Assembly: GCF_009914755.1 (NCBI RefSeq) | Contig: NC_060945.1 | Direction: 5' to 3' (one strand) | Length of the DNA stretch: 64,000 bases | From: the human T2T-CHM13v2.0 reference genome, Homo sapiens | Part shown: one piece after another, positions 55,179 to 64,000 of the stretch | Layout: each line of letters opens with the position of its first letter | Position numbering within the stretch: the stretch's first letter is position 1 | Notes under the pieces: model-generated | What the model saw: only the letters and a program-made list of their open reading frames with translations | The model's database searches: none | Told to the model about the DNA's origin: nothing | Position numbers and translations under genes: made by a program

Positions 55179-56997
55179 AAGAATTAATATTGTTAAATAT
55201 CCATACTACCCAAAGAAATCTACAGATTCAATGTAATCTCTATCCAAATACCAATGGCATTCTTCACAGAAATAGAAAAAAGTAATCCTAAAATTTATAT
55301 AAAATCACAATACACACAGAATAGCCAAAGCCACCCTAAGGGGGAAAAATACTGGAGGAATCAAATTATCTGACTTCAAATTATACTACAGATCTATAGT
55401 AATCAAAACAGTATGGTACTGGCATAAAAATAGTCACATTGACCAATGAAACAGAATAAGAACTCAGATATAAATTCATACATCTACAGTGAATTCATTT
55501 TTGACAAAGTTGCCAAGCACATACACTGGGAAAAGAACAGTCTCTTCAACAAATTCTGATGGGAAAACTGGATGCCCATATGCAGAATGACACTAGACAC
55601 CTATCTCTAGCCATATACAAACATCAAATCAAAATGGATTAAAGACTTAAATCTAAGATCTCAAACTATGAAACTACTAAAGAAAAACATTGGGGAAACT
55701 CTCCAGGACATTGGTCTCAGCACAAATCTATTGAGTAACACCCCACAAGCACAGGCAACCAAAGCAAAAATTGACAAATGGGATCACATGAAGTCAAAAA
55801 GCTTCTTCACAGCAAAGGAAACAATCAACAAAGCGAAGAGACAATCCACAGAATGGGAGATAATATCTGTAAACTATCCATCTGACAAAGGATTAATTAC
55901 CAGAATATATAAGGAGCTCAAACAATTCTATAGAAAGAAAATCTAATATTCCAATTTAAAAATAAGCTTAAGATCTGAATAGACATTGCTCAAAAGAAGA
56001 CATACAAATGGCAAACAGGTATATAAAAAGGTGCTCAACATCATTGATCAGAGAAATGCAAATCAAAACTAGAGTAAAATATCATCTCATCCCAGTTAAA
56101 ATGGCTTTTATCCAAAAAACAAGCAATAACAAATGCTGGCAAGGATGTAGAGAAAGGGGAACCCTAGTACAATGTTGGTGGGAATGTAAATTAGTACAAC
56201 CTGTATGGAGAACAGTTTGAAGTTTTCTCAAAAAACTAAAAGTACAACTACCCTATGATCCAGCAATCCCACTGCTAGGTATATACCCCAAAGAAAGGAA
56301 ATCAGTATACTGAAAAGATATCTGCATTCTCATATTTATTGCAGCACTATTCATGATAGCCAAGATTTGGAAGCAACCTATGTGTCTATCAACAGATGAA
56401 TGGATAAAGAAAACATGACACTTTTCAACTTTGTGGTTGAAAACATGAGACCTTGTCATTTGCAACAACATGAGTGGAACTGGAGGGCATTATGTTAAGT
56501 GAAATAAGCCAGGCACAGAAAGACAAACTTTGCATGTTCTCACTTATTAAAAATTAAAACAATTGAACTTATGGAGATAGAGAGTAGAATAATGGTTGCC
56601 AAAGGATGGAAAGGGTAATGGGGGTGAGAGGGGGAGGTAAGGATTGTTGATGGGTACAAAACTATAGATAGAATGAATAAGAGCTAGTGTTTGGTAGCAC
56701 AACAGGGTGACTACTGTCAATAATAATTTATTGTACATTTTTAAACATTGAAAGTGTATAATTGGATTTTTTGTAATGCCAAGAGGATAAATGCCTGAAA
56801 TGATGGATACCACATTTACCCTGATGTGATAATTATGCATTATATGCCTGTATCTCATATACCTCATGAATATATATATCTATTATGTACCCACAAAAAT
56901 TTAAAAAAAGGAAATAAGAGGCATCCAAATTGGAAAGAAAAACGTAAAACTATCTCTGTTTACAGAAGACACGTCATATATTTAGAAAATGCTAAAA

Positions 56998-57000
<3 letters not shown>

Positions 57001-57040
<40 letters not shown>
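57001..57040 (+). repeat. (CA)20 microsatellite
   Basis: Perfect CA run. Confidence 0.97.
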
Positions 57041-57044
<4 letters not shown>

Positions 57045-57340
57045 CTTAGAACTAATCCAGTAAAGGGCAGGATACAAAATCTACTGTTACTTTTTAAAGA
57101 CTTTAAAGCAATTCTCTGTTTTGTTTTTTCAGTTATCATCAATATGCTACCTTTAAAAAAAAAGTTTTACTTACATTATGGATACCTGTTTTCCACTCCA
57201 GCCCTAACCTGGCTTATTGAAGAACACAGTACATTCACTTCTCTGAACATAGTACATTCACTTCTATGATAGTTTTGCCCCCATAAGAGGACAGTAGACC
57301 ATATGTCTTCACCATCTGGCAACAGAAGCTATAACAATGG

Positions 57341-57805
57341 TGTATTAGTTTCTTAGAGCTTGTGTAACAAAGAACCACAAATTAGATGTCTTTGAAAAAA
57401 TAGATGTATTATTTCACAGTTCTGGAAGCTTGAGGTCTGAACTCAAAATGTCAGAATGAACATGCTTCTTCTGAAGCCTGCAACAGAGAGTTCTTCCTTG
57501 CCTCTTCACAGCTTCTGGTGGTTTTTGGTAATCCTTGATGTTCCTTGGCTTGCAACTGTAGCTCTTAAATCTCTGCCTCAGTCATAATCTGGCACTCTCT
57601 TCATGTGCCTGCGTCTCTGTGTCTCCTCTCTTCTTATGAAGACATCAGTCATATTAGATTTAGGGTCTAACCTACTACAACAGGACCTCGCCTTAACTAC
57701 TTAGATTTGCAACAGCTCTATTTCTGAATAAGATCTCATTCTGAGGTCCTGAGAGCTAGAACTTCAACATATTTGAGGGGAAGGGACATAATTTAAACCA
57801 TAACG
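57341..57805 (-). mobile_element. MLT1C-like solo LTR
   Basis: TGTATTAGTTTC..TCACAGTTCTGGA..CCATAAC; 5-bp TSD AATGG on both sides. Confidence 0.85.
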
Positions 57806-57834
57806 AATGGATAAATACCTGACACAAACCAGGC

Positions 57835-58330
57835 TGTCTCAGAGAGAGTAGCTTCCTGGAAAAGTGGAGTCTATGACAAGACTTGTGAGTAAGTAGTATA
57901 CTTGGGAAGCAAACCCAGTGAGCAGAAGTGAGAGGAAGAGAAGAGTGAGAAACGAAAGAAGGAAGAACCCATAGAAAGATGTGTTATTGAGATTGCCACT
58001 GTGGATGCAAAGGGCTCTATTCTACATGGACTTCAAAAAAGTGTACAGAACACCTCTCAAAACTACCTGCTGGGAGAATGAAAAGCAGCAGTATTTATGC
58101 ACACGCTCTCACTGTTTATTGTTAGTGTGCTAACTCCCAAAGAATTTGAATTATTCACTCTTAAAAACCAATGCACATAGACAAAGTGAACCCTCCAAGG
58201 GCATCCCTAGCATATCAGAGGAGCTCCAGAGACAAAAGCAAAGATTTTTGGTAAGAAATTGTCAGCTCGAAGAGAATAGAAGCCTCTGTTTCATACACCT
58301 GGAGCCATGCCTGTCTCAGTGTCCTCTGAT
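57835..58330 (-). mobile_element. LTR33-like ERVL LTR, degenerate
   Basis: TTGGGAAGCAAACCCAGTGAGCAGAAGTGAGAG..GTGTTATTGAG..CACTGTGG resembles antisense LTR33. Confidence 0.55.
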
Positions 58331-58415
58331 CCAACCATGCTGTCCCTCATGTGAAATTCAGCCCTTTCATTGTTTTCCACAGCCCAAAACAATCTCAGTA
58401 AGAATTTGTCACAAT

Positions 58416-64000
<5,585 letters not shown>

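Overview
Human genomic DNA (it carries two human-specific insertions, an SVA_F and a pre-Ta L1HS) that is almost entirely nested retroelements. I see no intact cellular gene. Main contents: two young-ish L1PA elements (1033-7280 and 58416->64000), several older L1PA/L1PB/L1MA/L1M elements, an ~3 kb SVA_F with a 5' transduction, a processed GPR157 retrocopy of a truncated exon-1-only isoform, a near-complete HERV9/LTR12-type provirus inside that retrocopy, an L1HS inside the provirus env, THE1/MLT1/LTR33 LTRs, MER2 and seven Alus. Most notable: (i) a four-level nest L1 > GPR157 retrocopy > HERV9 > L1HS with TSDs for each inserted layer; (ii) a tRNA-Pro primer-binding site on an LTR12/HERV9 provirus; (iii) an exact 89-bp locally templated insertion with a snap-back hairpin inside an Alu; (iv) a 47-bp TPRT micro-retrocopy in pol; (v) a strong + strand bias of old L1/Alu/HERV copies while both human-specific insertions are on the - strand. 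Subfamily calls are by eye from remembered consensus features and need RepeatMasker/Dfam confirmation.
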